Under the pieces are notes generated by a model. That model did no database searches and had not been told where the DNA came from. It saw nothing but the letters and a program-made list of their open reading frames with translations. A DNA stretch of 61,988 bases, counting the filler, from Choristocarpus tenellus KU-1152 (taxonomy: Eukaryota; Protista; Phaeophyceae): the NCBI GenBank assembly GCA_964200185.2. It is 6 parts of 6 records of this genome, joined end to end, with 100 filler letters (N's around TTAATTAATTAA, not from the genome) between each part and the next. Parts side by side here need not be neighbours in the genome. Positions count along the whole stretch, not along the records: positions 34,635 to 37,816 come from CAXNAD020021726.1; positions 37,917 to 49,872 come from CAXNAD020002052.1; positions 49,973 to 54,583 come from CAXNAD020013802.1; 3 more parts are not named here. One strand, written 5' to 3'. Made by a program: the position numbers and the translations under genes. The number at the start of each line of letters is the position of its first letter. The stretch's first letter is position 1. This document shows, in pieces, positions 37,386 through 50,157 of this stretch.

Positions 37386-37689
37386 GATTCAAAGTTATCT
37401 TAGAGGGTAGAGCCGCGTCCATTTGGGGGTCAAAATACAATGTTGCGATTTGAATGTAATTTTGATGTAATGTTGATGTAATTTTGATGTAATTTCGATG
37501 TAATTTCGGCTGTCGTGTTTGTTAGGGAGTGTTGCTATCCTTGTTACGGACACACCTTTTAATAATGTACACATTTTACCTACTCCGAAACATTTTGGAG
37601 TAGGAAAATGTCACAAAAACCTCCATAGGAAGTCAAGACCTAAATGGACAAACAGGGAAAATTTCATATCCTCTTAGATACTTTCACTC
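37386..37689 (+). mobile_element. MITE family A with an internal 11-bp unit expansion
   Basis: Family A TIRs; flanked by ATGA / ATGA; internal (GATGTAATTTT)-like unit repeated about 5 times at 37452-37507. Confidence 0.88.
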
Positions 37690-37816
37690 ATGACACAAGT
37701 TCGAACGGTACATATTGAGTGTTTGTTGCATAGATGGGCAAGGGGTGTACGTGTTGGGGTTGTCGCCAGTGGCAAACAGAGGCCGAACTTTGTCAGTGGG
37801 GGGGGGTCGTCATGTG

Positions 37817-37916
37817 NNNNNNNNNNNNNNNNNNNNNNNNNNNNNNNNNNNNNNNNNNNNTTAATTAATTAANNNNNNNNNNNNNNNNNNNNNNNNNNNN
37901 NNNNNNNNNNNNNNNN
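37817..37916. other. Artificial contig spacer
   Basis: N44-TTAATTAATTAA-N44. Confidence 0.98.
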
Positions 37917-38198
37917 GTGTGTTTCAGAAAGAGCAAAGGTATACTCGGACTAGGCCAGGGGTAATCTGACTCTGATGGTATTCTGTGACCCTTGGGAAAT
38001 TTTCCCAGGTTAGACAAGGATATTTGTTGACCTGTTTTGGGACTAGTTGGAGTTATATATATATATTTTTTTAAATAAAAGTATATACTCTTATCTGGTC
38101 AGACATATATTGATCTTGACTGTGCCTTACGACTTTTAAGGATCTGTTCTCAAAGAAAACAAGGGGATTGTTGATCATTATTGGAATACATGGGGTAA

Positions 38199-38366
38199 TT
38201 TGGAACTGGAGTCCCTATGTTGGAAACAACTGGCAGAGTTGGAACTGGAGTTCCTATGTTGGAAACAACTGGCGGAGTCGGAACTGGAGTCCCTATGTTG
38301 GAAAAGACTGGCAGAGTTGGAACTGGAGTCCCTATGTTGGAAAAAAACTGGCAGATTCAGAACTGA
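38199..38366. repeat. 39-bp minisatellite, about 4 copies
   Basis: Unit TTGGAACTGGAGTCCCTATGTTGGAAACAACTGGCAGAG repeated with few changes. Confidence 0.92.
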
Positions 38367-41300
38367 AGCCCCTACGTTACCAAAGGGCAATTATGCATGC
38401 CACCGCAGCATGATAAAAGGTGATGGATATTTACCATCCAGATAATGATTATTGCCTATGGTAAGCATGAAACAGGTAGTCCCTGCATGGAACATAGGAT
38501 AGCAGAAGTTGGAACCATGAAGTAACCGACATCAGAACCGATAGCAATTTATATAAGGTGTTTTGATTTACTTTTTATTGTCATTTTGTGCTTTTGAATA
38601 TATTTTTTTCTATGTACATCAGGTACCTGACCCCCTTTATCCCATGGATTTTTTTTCCCTCCCCCTTTTATTTTATATTATTCTTTCGTTTTATTTTTGG
38701 ATTTTCTTTTTTTTGCATTTTTTGCATTTTTTCTCTATCCCTTGCTTAACCTTTTTTTTCTCTTCTCTTTATCCAAACAGGTACCTGATCCCCCTAATTC
38801 CTTGTTTTGTTCTATCTTTCTTCATTTTTTTTCTCTTTTTTTTATTCCTGATGTTGATGTTATTGCCTGTTTGACGCACTAGCAGCTGTCAGTATGCTTC
38901 GTGCTTGGGGGGCAAGAGACAGGCAATAATCAGATGATACTTGGCACCTTATGGTAGCTGTACTTTAGGAAGAGAAAGTGTATACTCTGATTAGGTTAGT
39001 TGAAGAAAGATTTCTCCAAGTAGATAAGGATATATGTCTTGGGCCTAGTAGGAGTCAGGTATTTTTTTCTTCTTCTTTCTTTCTCCTTGCCACAGGATGA
39101 TCTGAGGTGATTGAAGATATCTATTACCTTCACCGGTGAAAATCGCCTGTGGTAAGCGTGAAACATGTATTGCTAGTTCACGCTGGGGGGCATGTTACAG
39201 GCGAAGAGCGCGAGCATTTCTTTTTGTGTTCTAACAAACACGAACATTTGTGAGAGACGTATAGTGTGAGGATTGTTTCTCGCATTCTAACAAGTGTGAA
39301 CTATATACGATATTAGTAATACATAGGTAGCCTTACAGAGTAAATTATGATTTCATAGAAGATGCAGAGTAAGATTTGTAATGCATACGTAACATTACAG
39401 AAGAAAACGTCAAAGTCACTAAGAAGTTGCAGAAGAAAGGTTTATGATGGGAATATGTGTAGAGCAGTTGCATAGAAGACCAAAGAAATTGGGTGGATGA
39501 TGAAAATAATAAGAGGGATTTTGGCCAAAGCCATCCCACTTGCCTTCAGTCTTTATCTTTGACCTTGAACGAAACATTGAGTCGAGCTTTGAGCTAAGCA
39601 CTGAGTGGAATATCAAGAAGAGAAGGACAACTGACACCCTTCAAACTGTTACCAAGGACAACGCCCCCATAGCGTCGTTTGAAGGTCGTTGGATTGAGTT
39701 GTACATCCTGTGGAGGTGAGTTCTGAGGGGTGCCTGTAACATATCATGCCAGCTTCATTTTCCTGTCCTGTGCCACCACTTCTATAGAGCAATTTTCTGT
39801 CTTGGATTGGACCCTACTCCAGTTGAAGTTGACAGAGTAATATCCCCTCGAGTCCAGCGCCTGAAACTTTCTCGCCCCAAACCGGTGAGCTATCAGTAAC
39901 TACGTATGTATGAATTACTCTTCGGAAGATGTCGTGAGGGTTGCATCCTCTTTCAAGTGCATTTCTTGTGGTTGACCATGTAAGTATAGCCAGGCTAGCA
40001 TATGTGACTCATGCTCATCGTGGAAAGCCTTCACTGCTCCCATGTTGTTCACATCATGGTGTCCGTTTGTGGTGAAATGGTCGCAATAGGGTGCACACTG
40101 CCACAACTGACATCAAGGGTGGTATTAAGTTTCTTGCTTTAGATGTTCCCGCTCTTGCTGGGTCTGCATCCAGGTGCTCGCCCTCAGTTCCCCACTGTGT
40201 AGTGCAGACATTTCTGACTCCTCTACGCATAAGAAGGCAACAAGATCGAATTTCTAGGGGAATCCGCTATAAGCTCATTTGTGCCATCAAAACCACCTGG
40301 ATTGTCCTAGTGTCTATTGCATCACCTGGTGACTTTGACCATGTGCACAGGATGTGTACCCTCTATCAGTGGTGTATACCCTGTCTTGGACACGTAAGTC
40401 CCCTTCTCTCCTTTGAATCCAGTCTCAAGTAAACTTATTTTCCTTTTCCATAGTATGACCATTTTGTTTGCCCTCCCTCAGTGGTAGTGTATATCCACTA
40501 TTGGGTGCATGGTTTCCTTTCCGTATTCTTTGAGTAGATTGTTTTTGTCCTTCACCCTACCCCTAGTTTCTTCGTTGTCTTCTGTATGTATGTGCAACAT
40601 GGTTACAACATTCGTCTTACTTAGTGGTGGTGATTGAGAGCTTGATCCATGTTAGAAGAAGTGGAACAAAGACATCGTACACTCCCCCATCTTCCTAAGA
40701 CCCAGGTTAAGGGTTGTAGAACGACCATGTTGTAATCCACAGTATAATACTTTGAAGTAAGAGGTTGCTTTGTTGCCCTTAATATAGTTACAGTTTTGGA
40801 GTGAGTGAGAGAGAGTGCCACTCTGAGTATATGTACGGTTACTTGGAGATCCACAGCCACATTGTTGATATAAGCCAAGACAATGATAGGGTAATGATTG
40901 TTTACTGTCCTTCAATTGTCTTCCTCCACCCTAGAATACAATAATACTGGTACTCTTCTAGTGGAGGTACGTTGGTTAACAGACCTTCAATATAATATGT
41001 TATAACACCCCTTACAATGTATTACTATTATTAGTTGAGGTTTGTAAGACTTGCCACAATGAATGGGTGCCGCTATGTTTGCTATTACACCAATACTTCA
41101 ATCATATTTCTATTTTCATCTTCAGTTTAGTCTGGGACAGGGAGCCTCGCTCAGTCTGAGGCACTACATATTGCAGTAATAATAAGAACATAATATTATT
41201 ATTTGTTGCACTATGACTAATTAAACTACCTGTGACGGCTTGCAATTAATTTTTTGAGGGCTTCTCACCAGGCCAGCAAACAAAAAAAAAGTCCCGTTCA

Positions 41301-42781
41301 CCTACTGGACCTGTCCCACAATCATTTAACATGTCCCAGTCCATGTCCGGACCGGTATCGCAATTATTTAATATGTCCTGGTACATGTTCACTAGGTATT
41401 GAACCAGTCCATGTCCACCAACCAGACTATATCAAACATTCTTTAACATGTCCGGACCATTTCCATAGGGAATTTTACGGGTCCATGTCCACTGGCTGGC
41501 CAGTCTAATGTTTTTCCTTACATGTTGGGACAATTGCTGTCCATCAGTTCATTTTTTTCCGTCATGTCAGGATCTTGTCCACTACATTTACCCACTCACA
41601 CGTATCACAAATCACTTCACACACTCAGTAATGCATTTGTATTAATTAATTTTACAATTTTATTAATCTAAATGTAACAATATAAAATAATATAGAAATA
41701 TCATTGTAATATATTGCATTTGAAATGTGAAATTTAGGGTTCAATATCCAAGAAGAGTGGTAAAATATAAAATTGGAAGCATGGTCATGATGTGGCTGGG
41801 TTGAGCATAAAAAAAGTATTTCCTGAACAGTCAAGGATAAATGTTCTAAGATGGTTGAGTCTACGGCCATCACTAACTCAACATGTCCAGGGCTGACACT
41901 GGCCATGTGTAATCAAGTTCGAAAATCTTGTGTAGCTTACTTGGAGGTCCTAACATCAATCAAGTTGATGTGCAAAAAACAATAATCGATTTCCTGGAAG
42001 AATTTGATAGGTAGATGGTGGAATAACCTAATGGGAGAGGTTTTCCTTTCGGCTATCTGGTAGACCCTTTGTTGCTGTAAGAGAGAGCTCACACACAACT
42101 CTTGTGCCTGCCTCCAGATCTCAACATAGAGGTGGTATTCATATTATAGTACATCATATTTTGGACAAATTGCCTATAGATCACGGTTGAAGATAAAATT
42201 TCATCTACACTATTAACACAAAGCAAGAAAATACACAAGTAACTGCAACTAAATAAGAAATCTGAAAACAGATAAGAGGGAAGAGGGGAGGACCAGGCAG
42301 AACTCTAGTTTATTACTTCAAATTCTTCACTACTCAAAGGAAGAGTACAGATGCCTTTGAACACAACACCTCAAAAGCATCACTAAAGCTGGAACAACTT
42401 GCCAGAGTTCAACACTTCTACACTATTGCAAGTGTCTTCCCTGGTACTTAATTGGCAATCCCAGTATGGAGCATAAAGGGCACATACTCCCATCTTTTTG
42501 TTACTTCAAACTAGTTATCTACTAGGATGTAACATACAAACACGTATCCCTCCCACTGACACCATGTCGCAGGAGATTACTACCTCAAACAGCACAGATC
42601 AGTGGTTGAGATCTGTGATGTGCCTTGAATGTAGTGGTTGGAATCCAAGTGGGAAATATCAGCTGCTGATGTTACTTCACACCCAAATGTTAACCCCGTT
42701 TAATGAGATACACTCTATTGATCTGATGGTACAGTGACTGGAAGCCTCAAGGAGGAGAGGCCAAGATTGTGTGCCAAGGCT

Positions 42782-45700
42782 TCAGCTGCGGTCAACAAGA
42801 TAGTAAACAACACTTGCCAAGGCAAGTGGAACAACAACATTTAGTACCGTGGAAACCTTACCAACTACACCTGGCCTAGCCGCCTGAGTCAGTTTTTCTA
42901 CTTCCACACAAGCAGTCATGGTGCGTGCAGCAGAGGGGTCTGAAGGAGGTACACCTTCAACTATGATACGAACAAAGTGATTGAACAAGTGAAGCAATCC
43001 ATGCATGTCATCTGTTCCAAGAACAATACGGCAGGCCAGTCCTTTCCGAATCTTGACAACTCCCCGGAAGACACCTGGGTTATTGTAAACTTCTGCGAGG
43101 GTGGCTATAGCCATCACCTGACATAAACAATGGAACAGCAAGGTGGTGAGCTCAGGTCAACCCTCGTATTGATGGGACCAACCTTGGCGCCATTAGGAAC
43201 AACCATTTTTATGCAAGTACCACCAAGCACATAATGTTAGTCCATCATCCTTGTCAGTGCTGTTGAGGGCAACACAATTTACAGTTTGGTCCTGATCCTA
43301 ATCCTGATTAGGCCTCGTAGAAACTACTTGGGGGATAAAACCACGATGATTCACTTGATAAAATATTTTCCCACTCCTTGACCAACAAACTAGTGTTAAC
43401 CAGCTGACTCCACCAGAAAGAATCACTAAAAAACTAAACCTCCATTTTTGGTTTCAATAAACTTCTATATAAACAATTAGTTCAACTCACAGCACAACCA
43501 AAAAGCTTGAAGGAGGGCTAGTCCTTGTCCACTGATAGTGGAGCAGCAGAACCATTTATCTGCATCATTTACATGCTTGTTAGTAACCAAGGGAATACAA
43601 CTGTAACACAGTAGGGTCTTCCTTGTAGGCAACTCAACAATATTACTGGAGCTATAACTTTAAATGCTCACAGAAGGTTCTTGTTGTACTCTCAGAAGCA
43701 TCATGTTCTGTCTTGTGTCTACCCCACGGGAGTATCTCCCAAATATCAGCAGACATGAAATAACAAACACACTTCAAAAGTTGGGTAAGCAGGATTACAA
43801 CTAAATATCACTTTCTGTACAGCCTTTTGTTCACACACACCTTGGTTAAGTGCATCAACAAATTGCCTCCATGTACTCACAAGTTAATCACATCAGCTAT
43901 TCATCTCGATGGCCAACACTGAGCAATCATACTATGCCCATGGTCAGAAGTACCTGTGGGATGGCACAGAAACGAAACACCTCCGGGTTCTTGATGAGGC
44001 GCATGTATGCCAGGCATTCAGGCACTAGCTCTAGCGCATCTGTAACTAGCTCGTTGAGGCAAGCCAGCGCCATGGGTCTGGTAGACAAGGGGCATGGGGG
44101 TACAGATAGGATCTACTTCAAGGATACTAAATTGGGATTGTGGTGTGTGGGATGAGGGCTTGAATGGTTCATGCAATCTAGGTGAATTATGCTTAGAGCA
44201 AACAACAAAAGAGTATCAGGGGAAAGGAAGAAACAAAACTCAAGATACAGTTTCGCATGTTTCAACACTGTGCCTGGTGTCATGAAGATCACAATTATAA
44301 AAAAATCTTAACAGAACATAAAGCACAAACACCAACTTTCCTCAGCAACATATTCCATGCAAGCAGTAGGCACTAATAATCTGAGTTTGGTTATGAACAT
44401 GGATTCGCAACATACTGGAACTGTGGAAGTGCAAATTCTCCAAGCTGGGCTGTCTTTGAGTGCTTCTTCCACACATCCTGGGGCCAGAAGGCACGCCCAT
44501 CCACGTAGTCCTCCAGGTAGTCCCTAATGATGTTTGTCTTCTGAAGGAAAAGACCCATGCTTAAAAAAATATGTAATTTGAGTGGAAGGAATGAAAGGAC
44601 AGGTCAGTCCATTTCCACGTGCATTCAGAATAGTTGCAAAATGAATATCCAATCTAAAAAGTACCTTTAGTCCAAGCTTCAAGTTCACACCTGTTGGCTA
44701 GCCCCAATTCCTTGCCCACTTCTGGGCCTTCAATGCATGTGGCAATGAACAGGCGGCTCAATCCCTCTCCCACCAGCCCTGCAACGTAATGACAATATTT
44801 CCCATACTCTGCAGTTGTTACAGTCCCTTGCCCTAGGTCCTTTGACACAAACTCTGCCATTCCAGCTCCCATCCTACGTGTGATATCTGAAATGACCTGA
44901 GGGGAAAACGACGGATTAAGAAGTGAGAAGGTAGTAGTAACACATCCATCACCATCACTAGATCCGAAGTAACTTGTGTTCTCCCAATGACTCTCAATAT
45001 GAACATACTCTGACAGTTTGTGCTGAGTTTGTCAATAGCTGATGGCAGCATGCACTAGCAAGACTACCAGTCAACACTAGAATAAATTCATAGGAAATTT
45101 CAAGAGGTTACAGCAAATATTATCACCAGTATCACCTCCAGCAGAACTGAAAAAAGTCTTACCAATCGACTTAGTGTATTTCTATGGCGTACCTCCTGAC
45201 TGGCCTTTGGAAGAGACTGGAACACTCTTGTTACTGAAGGGAATTGTTCAAGAAGTTTCTGCTCATCCCCCTCACCAACCCCAGTTATATTCCAGTTCGT
45301 GTCCACCAGAGCGGTCTTGTAGAAGTCCTCAAGAATTTTTATCTTCACCTACCAGAAAGACAAAAAATATAGTTGAAAAAAGAACTCTTAACAAAGAGGC
45401 CTGAGAGGTGACGGTGTTCTTTTGTACCTCCAAACACAATCTAGGGTCCCCATCTCTCCAACGCTATGGAGTCAAGCAACACAGAACGTTTGTTGTGGTT
45501 TGGGGGTGCATATGTTTTATTGGCCACAGGCAAGTATGTGAACAAGAGGAACTCAAAACAGTCATGTGCTGCAAACCTCGGGATTTCCACTGAAGGCTTC
45601 CATGTCATCCTCCACAGTATCCAACCCTCTCAAAACCAGGTAGAACACCACAATGTCTAACAACAGAGCCTCAGGTAGTTGTCGGATGACAGCAGCGAAG

Positions 45701-48700
45701 GAGCGGCTAACCTGAATGGAAAGGAAGTACGCACACAGTCCTTATCGCTTTGAAGGACTCCCCCCTTCAAGGTACATGAACAGCACTCTTGTGTTTGACA
45801 TGGAGATTATATTCCATTCTTCGGAAAAAAATATGTAACCCTAGGGTGACCTGTTACCTGATGAGTACTTCAATATCCTTTCTCCTTCATGTTCACTGTC
45901 ATAGCAAGGGATTGCGTATACGTAGCACATACTACAATTACATACACAGCTACCAATTCTTGATTCACCTTGCCCAGCATGTCGTCACAAAACTTCACAT
46001 CAGGATCTGTTTGGGACACCTTACTTGCCACTGGGGGTCGTGCTTTATACCACAGCATTGCAAACACCTTACACAAGGTAGAACGATGTAGCATTTGGTC
46101 AGGTTTTTGGGTATACTCTTGTGCTCAACACTTGGGAAGATTCTTTTTCATCACATTGCTGGCCTGAAAGTGAAAGCATACAACTTAAAACCTCTCCAGG
46201 TTCTATCAATGATCTACAAAAAAAATACATTGTGTATGGAGGTCACGTCATTATAGTCTCACCTACTGCTCTGACACAAACCAAGCGGCAACCACAGCAT
46301 CATCAACCACTATTGAGCACTTCAGAGTGGAAGTTTAAATTGGTTACAGTTAATAGACAGTCCACATTGCTCGAAACATTCTCATCCAATAAACTCACCT
46401 CATTAACATGTGACAATTGTGAATACTTGCTCTTCTCCAACACAGGGACACGTCCATAAGCTCCCTGTTTTTTTGTCCTGTGGTGTTGTGTCTGAGGTGT
46501 GAGCCAAATTCATGCCATTTATTAGAGTCATACTCATACCCAAGCAAGACCCACGTAACAAGTACAGGAAACATATGTGGGAAGAAATCATGCATTGACT
46601 GAAAACAGTACTCCTACTACTCAGTGAAGTATCTAGTTCTCTTTGGACTGAGCAAAAGCAAGTAATTACTTGTGAGACTTCTACCAGCACAACTGCACAG
46701 GCATACATTTATGAAATATCTGCTAAAATGGGTCGCCAACACTGACCACACTCCCCAGGTTTTAATCCTTGTCTGAAATTGCTTCTCTACAACATACACA
46801 TCCCTCCTGGATCAGGTGGTGTTGCTTCAGCACAGAACATAGATGCGGAAGAAATTCCCAATATTTCCAGTGTTTTGGTCAAACGGTAAGTTGTATGTGA
46901 CACCTGACCTGGCCATCCCTCTCCAAGGCATAGCAGAGTGTAGGCAACCATGTGCATAGAATATGGAGGAGCAAGGGATGTCTTGTGGGGTCTGTTCATG
47001 ACCTCATGTGCTCAGTGGGCCTCACATTGCCCCTCATCATGACCGGTCAATTGATGCATAAGCTGCCAGGCCTAGCATGTGAAGGACAACCAGAGTGGTT
47101 TTCCATCCCTACTCTATCAACTCAGATATTTAATTATATCAAGTCTCTATGCTGCAGCAAAGCATTATGAGGGCTCTGTGTGACTTCTAGTTCTTGATCA
47201 TGCTTGCAACTAGGCTTCACACTATCTCGATACTGTCTTTAGCATTATGAGGGCTCTGTGTGACTTCTAGTTCTTGATCATGCTTGCAACTAGGCTTCAC
47301 ACTATCTCGATACTGTCTTTAGCAGGACATAGTCATCAAGACCACTGTGAGGGTATAGGGTGTTTCTCAGCTTAATGTGTGCGATATTGGTGTATGCAAA
47401 TCCTGGACTGGATAAAGACTCACTTGTACACACTCTTGACTGTGAAGGTCAAACTTAGTCTGTACAGTGGCCGTAGTGAGTTACGTAGCAGAAATAGAAA
47501 ATCTCTTTTGCTCCTGGTTCATCCTGTATTTGAACTGGCAACAGTACATAGCTGAATATAATTTTATACACGTAGAGGTGTCATCGCTTGTAGTAGACCT
47601 GGTGAAGAAGACACTTTAATATGAAAAAATATATTGTATGCTACTGTTTTTATTACGGGCGTGACTTATCTATAAGAATGAGGAAGATAGCTATGGAGAT
47701 AATGGCAATGATATCTAATAATTTGTCCACAGTTGTCAACAATTTTATTCCCATTAAAACCTCATCGTACGATTTAAGACTTCAAGCACAATGCACAATA
47801 GCACAGAGGTAAACACTTGGAGCAGTCACAGGGGGTATTTCCTGTATTAAAAATTCATCCTACAGAACACACGACAAAATAGTTGCTGTGAAGGCTTGGA
47901 GATAGTGTAACAGGACTCAGATTGCAGGAAGAGATCACCTAGTATTGACCCATTTTCCATTCTATATTTGATTGTCCAATCAAATTGAAGTTATATTTCA
48001 CACATGAATGCATGACTTCACTCCAACAAACATTTTTTCAGCCTTCACCCTACTCTGAGCCCAGACCACCCAACTATATAGTTTATTCCTCCTATTTTTT
48101 GGACTCTTTTGGGTCCTCACTTGTCGAGGTGTGAGGGTGAAGTACCTTCCTCCAAGAGCCCGGTAACTCCAGCTCCACCTCTATGCTTCGGTGGGGGATC
48201 AAACCGATGGATGTTGACAGTGTCCATATATTTGTCGGAGGTAAGAGCTATATTTAGGTTCTTCCACCACTCAAGAGCAAACCGCTCCATGATGATGCAA
48301 AACCATGGAGACCAAAGGATATCTGTGGAAGGGGGGGGTAACATCTTAGTTATGCAAACAGTGCATTCCAGTCAGGATATCATTAATGGTCTAACCAATA
48401 TGTCCCAAATTGGATGCATGTTCACCACAGCTCTTACCAGTGTCCTTCATCATGTCGTCCATTTCTTCTGGGGTAACCCACTTGGTGTCATCCACCTCAT
48501 CTTGGTGGGGGCTCAAGGGGATTGAGTTTTCCACCTGGGAAGGTCGTTTGAGAAGTGTATCAACTATGGCAATGAGGAGTCCCGGAGAAAATGCAAGTTC
48601 GTGGAGTGTCAATGCTAGTGTCAGTCCTAGAGCACGGAAATTCATCTACGACAGCTTCGATAGTAACTAAATTTTTCACACAGTCGAGAATTCTGGATGG

Positions 48701-49488
48701 CTTAGGGCACGAAAGCCATCTATTGGCAGGAAATATGGATACATATGAAAATCTGAAGTCAGGGGATGCATACCTGAATGAAGAGAATATAGTCGATCTC
48801 ATGTTCGCCCCAGGGAGCATTGGGGCCATGAGTGACTGCATCGGCTGCGTAGTAGTGGACGCGGGTCAAGAACTTGAATGATTGCATCGGAAGATGTTCG
48901 GCCGAAATGCCCAGCTCATGGTCCAGCTTTCTAATTGCTGCATGCTTTACCCCTTTCACGGTTCCATTTTTCACATCTTCTGGTTGGTCCACCTGTGTAT
49001 CATCATATAGAAATCGAGTTGATACCAATTTCACTTCTTTAATCCTTCTCCCTCACATACTCAAATGCCCAACAGTACCTGTAGAAAAATATCTTACCTC
49101 GGAAGGTTCATGCCCATAGAGAGGATGTGAGCAGCATGTATTTGTCCATACATTTGGAAACGTGATCTTGGTCGATGCTCGCTGGAGATGACACAGGAAG
49201 ATGAAACATAGGTGCATTAGACGAGAGTCTCAAGTTTGCCACAGCAAAATATACAGCCCCTAAAACAAAGTGCTAAACCACCTTTTGAAGCAAGAGTTTT
49301 CCTTCTTTGTTGAACATGAAGACGCTGAAGGCCCGATGCAAGATGCCTCTAGGTTGTCCAGGAACAAATCTGTGGGTAGTGTACTTATTCGCATGACCCG
49401 TGATTTGGTCATCCTCATCGAGTACAATCACCTCATCTTTATACATGAATTCTTCCTGAGACATTCCATGGCCATTCCAAGTCGTCAT
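42782..49488 (-). CDS. IDISQS: Isopentenyl-diphosphate isomerase / squalene synthase fusion protein
   Basis: 13 GT-AG exons splice in frame: 49488-49282, 49181-49098, 48992-48774, 48534-48438, 48322-48121, 46477-46399, 46067-45969, 45711-45577, 45348-45193, 44896-44691, 44559-44416, 44077-43954, 43117-42782. IDI motifs [30 protein letters not shown]. Linker [12 protein letters not shown] motifs [51 protein letters not shown], and a hydrophobic C-terminal anchor. The start ATG is tentative. Confidence 0.95.
47161..47320. repeat. Perfect 80-bp tandem duplication inside an IDI-SQS intron
   Basis: 47161-47240 reads identical to 47241-47320. Confidence 0.92.
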
Positions 49489-49723
49489 CGTGGACAGGTG
49501 ATCCCAACCTTCACAACCCAGTTCAGCACCCTCTAACACAAGAGAAAGAACGTTATGACCATGTAAAGTTAGCACCACCCATGCACCAACATTCGAACAA
49601 TTTTTCAAACATTCTTACATATTATTATTGTTTATGAAGTTGTGAAATTTTATTTTGTTCTATCATGTATGTGTAGTAAAGTAGTAGTAGGGAAATGACG
49701 CTATGTCTGGATTACATATTGAT

Positions 49724-49788
49724 TTATATTATTATGCCCTCTGACATTTTGCAGATGTGTCAGGGGAAAACCAATGAAAACTATATAC
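49724..49788. repeat. Short dispersed repeat containing a hairpin; second copy at about 61733-61798
   Basis: TATATTATTATGCCCTCTGAC.TTTTGCAGATGTGTCAGGGG.A.ACCAATGAA.ACTATA occurs on two different contigs. Confidence 0.8.
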
Positions 49789-49872
49789 AGAAAGGTGTAC
49801 GCCAAATTGTTTCGGTGACTACGCAAGTAGCATTATCTCGGAGAGTCCTGCGTTTTAAGCTAGAGTCACCAG

Positions 49873-49972
49873 NNNNNNNNNNNNNNNNNNNNNNNNNNNN
49901 NNNNNNNNNNNNNNNNTTAATTAATTAANNNNNNNNNNNNNNNNNNNNNNNNNNNNNNNNNNNNNNNNNNNN
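49873..49972. other. Artificial contig spacer
   Basis: N44-TTAATTAATTAA-N44. Confidence 0.98.
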
Positions 49973-50157
49973 CCCCCCCCTTCACAAGGAGCAGTCCGGT
50001 GAAAATGGCATCTACTGCCACAACAGCAACCTACGCAAGTTGGGAGAGCTAGAAAACACTTCTGAAAACACTGATCACTTCCTTCAAGTCCCCTTCTTCA
50101 GTCACTCATCATCAACAACAGATCATCTCAACCCACCAACCAACCCTAGCATCACAC

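Noticed and set aside
38199-38366. CRISPR-like appearance of regular repeats
   Set aside because: Units are contiguous with no unique spacers, there are no cas genes, and the context is eukaryotic.
38563-38882. Phe/Leu-rich ORFs resembling membrane proteins
   Set aside because: Translation of T-rich low-complexity DNA.
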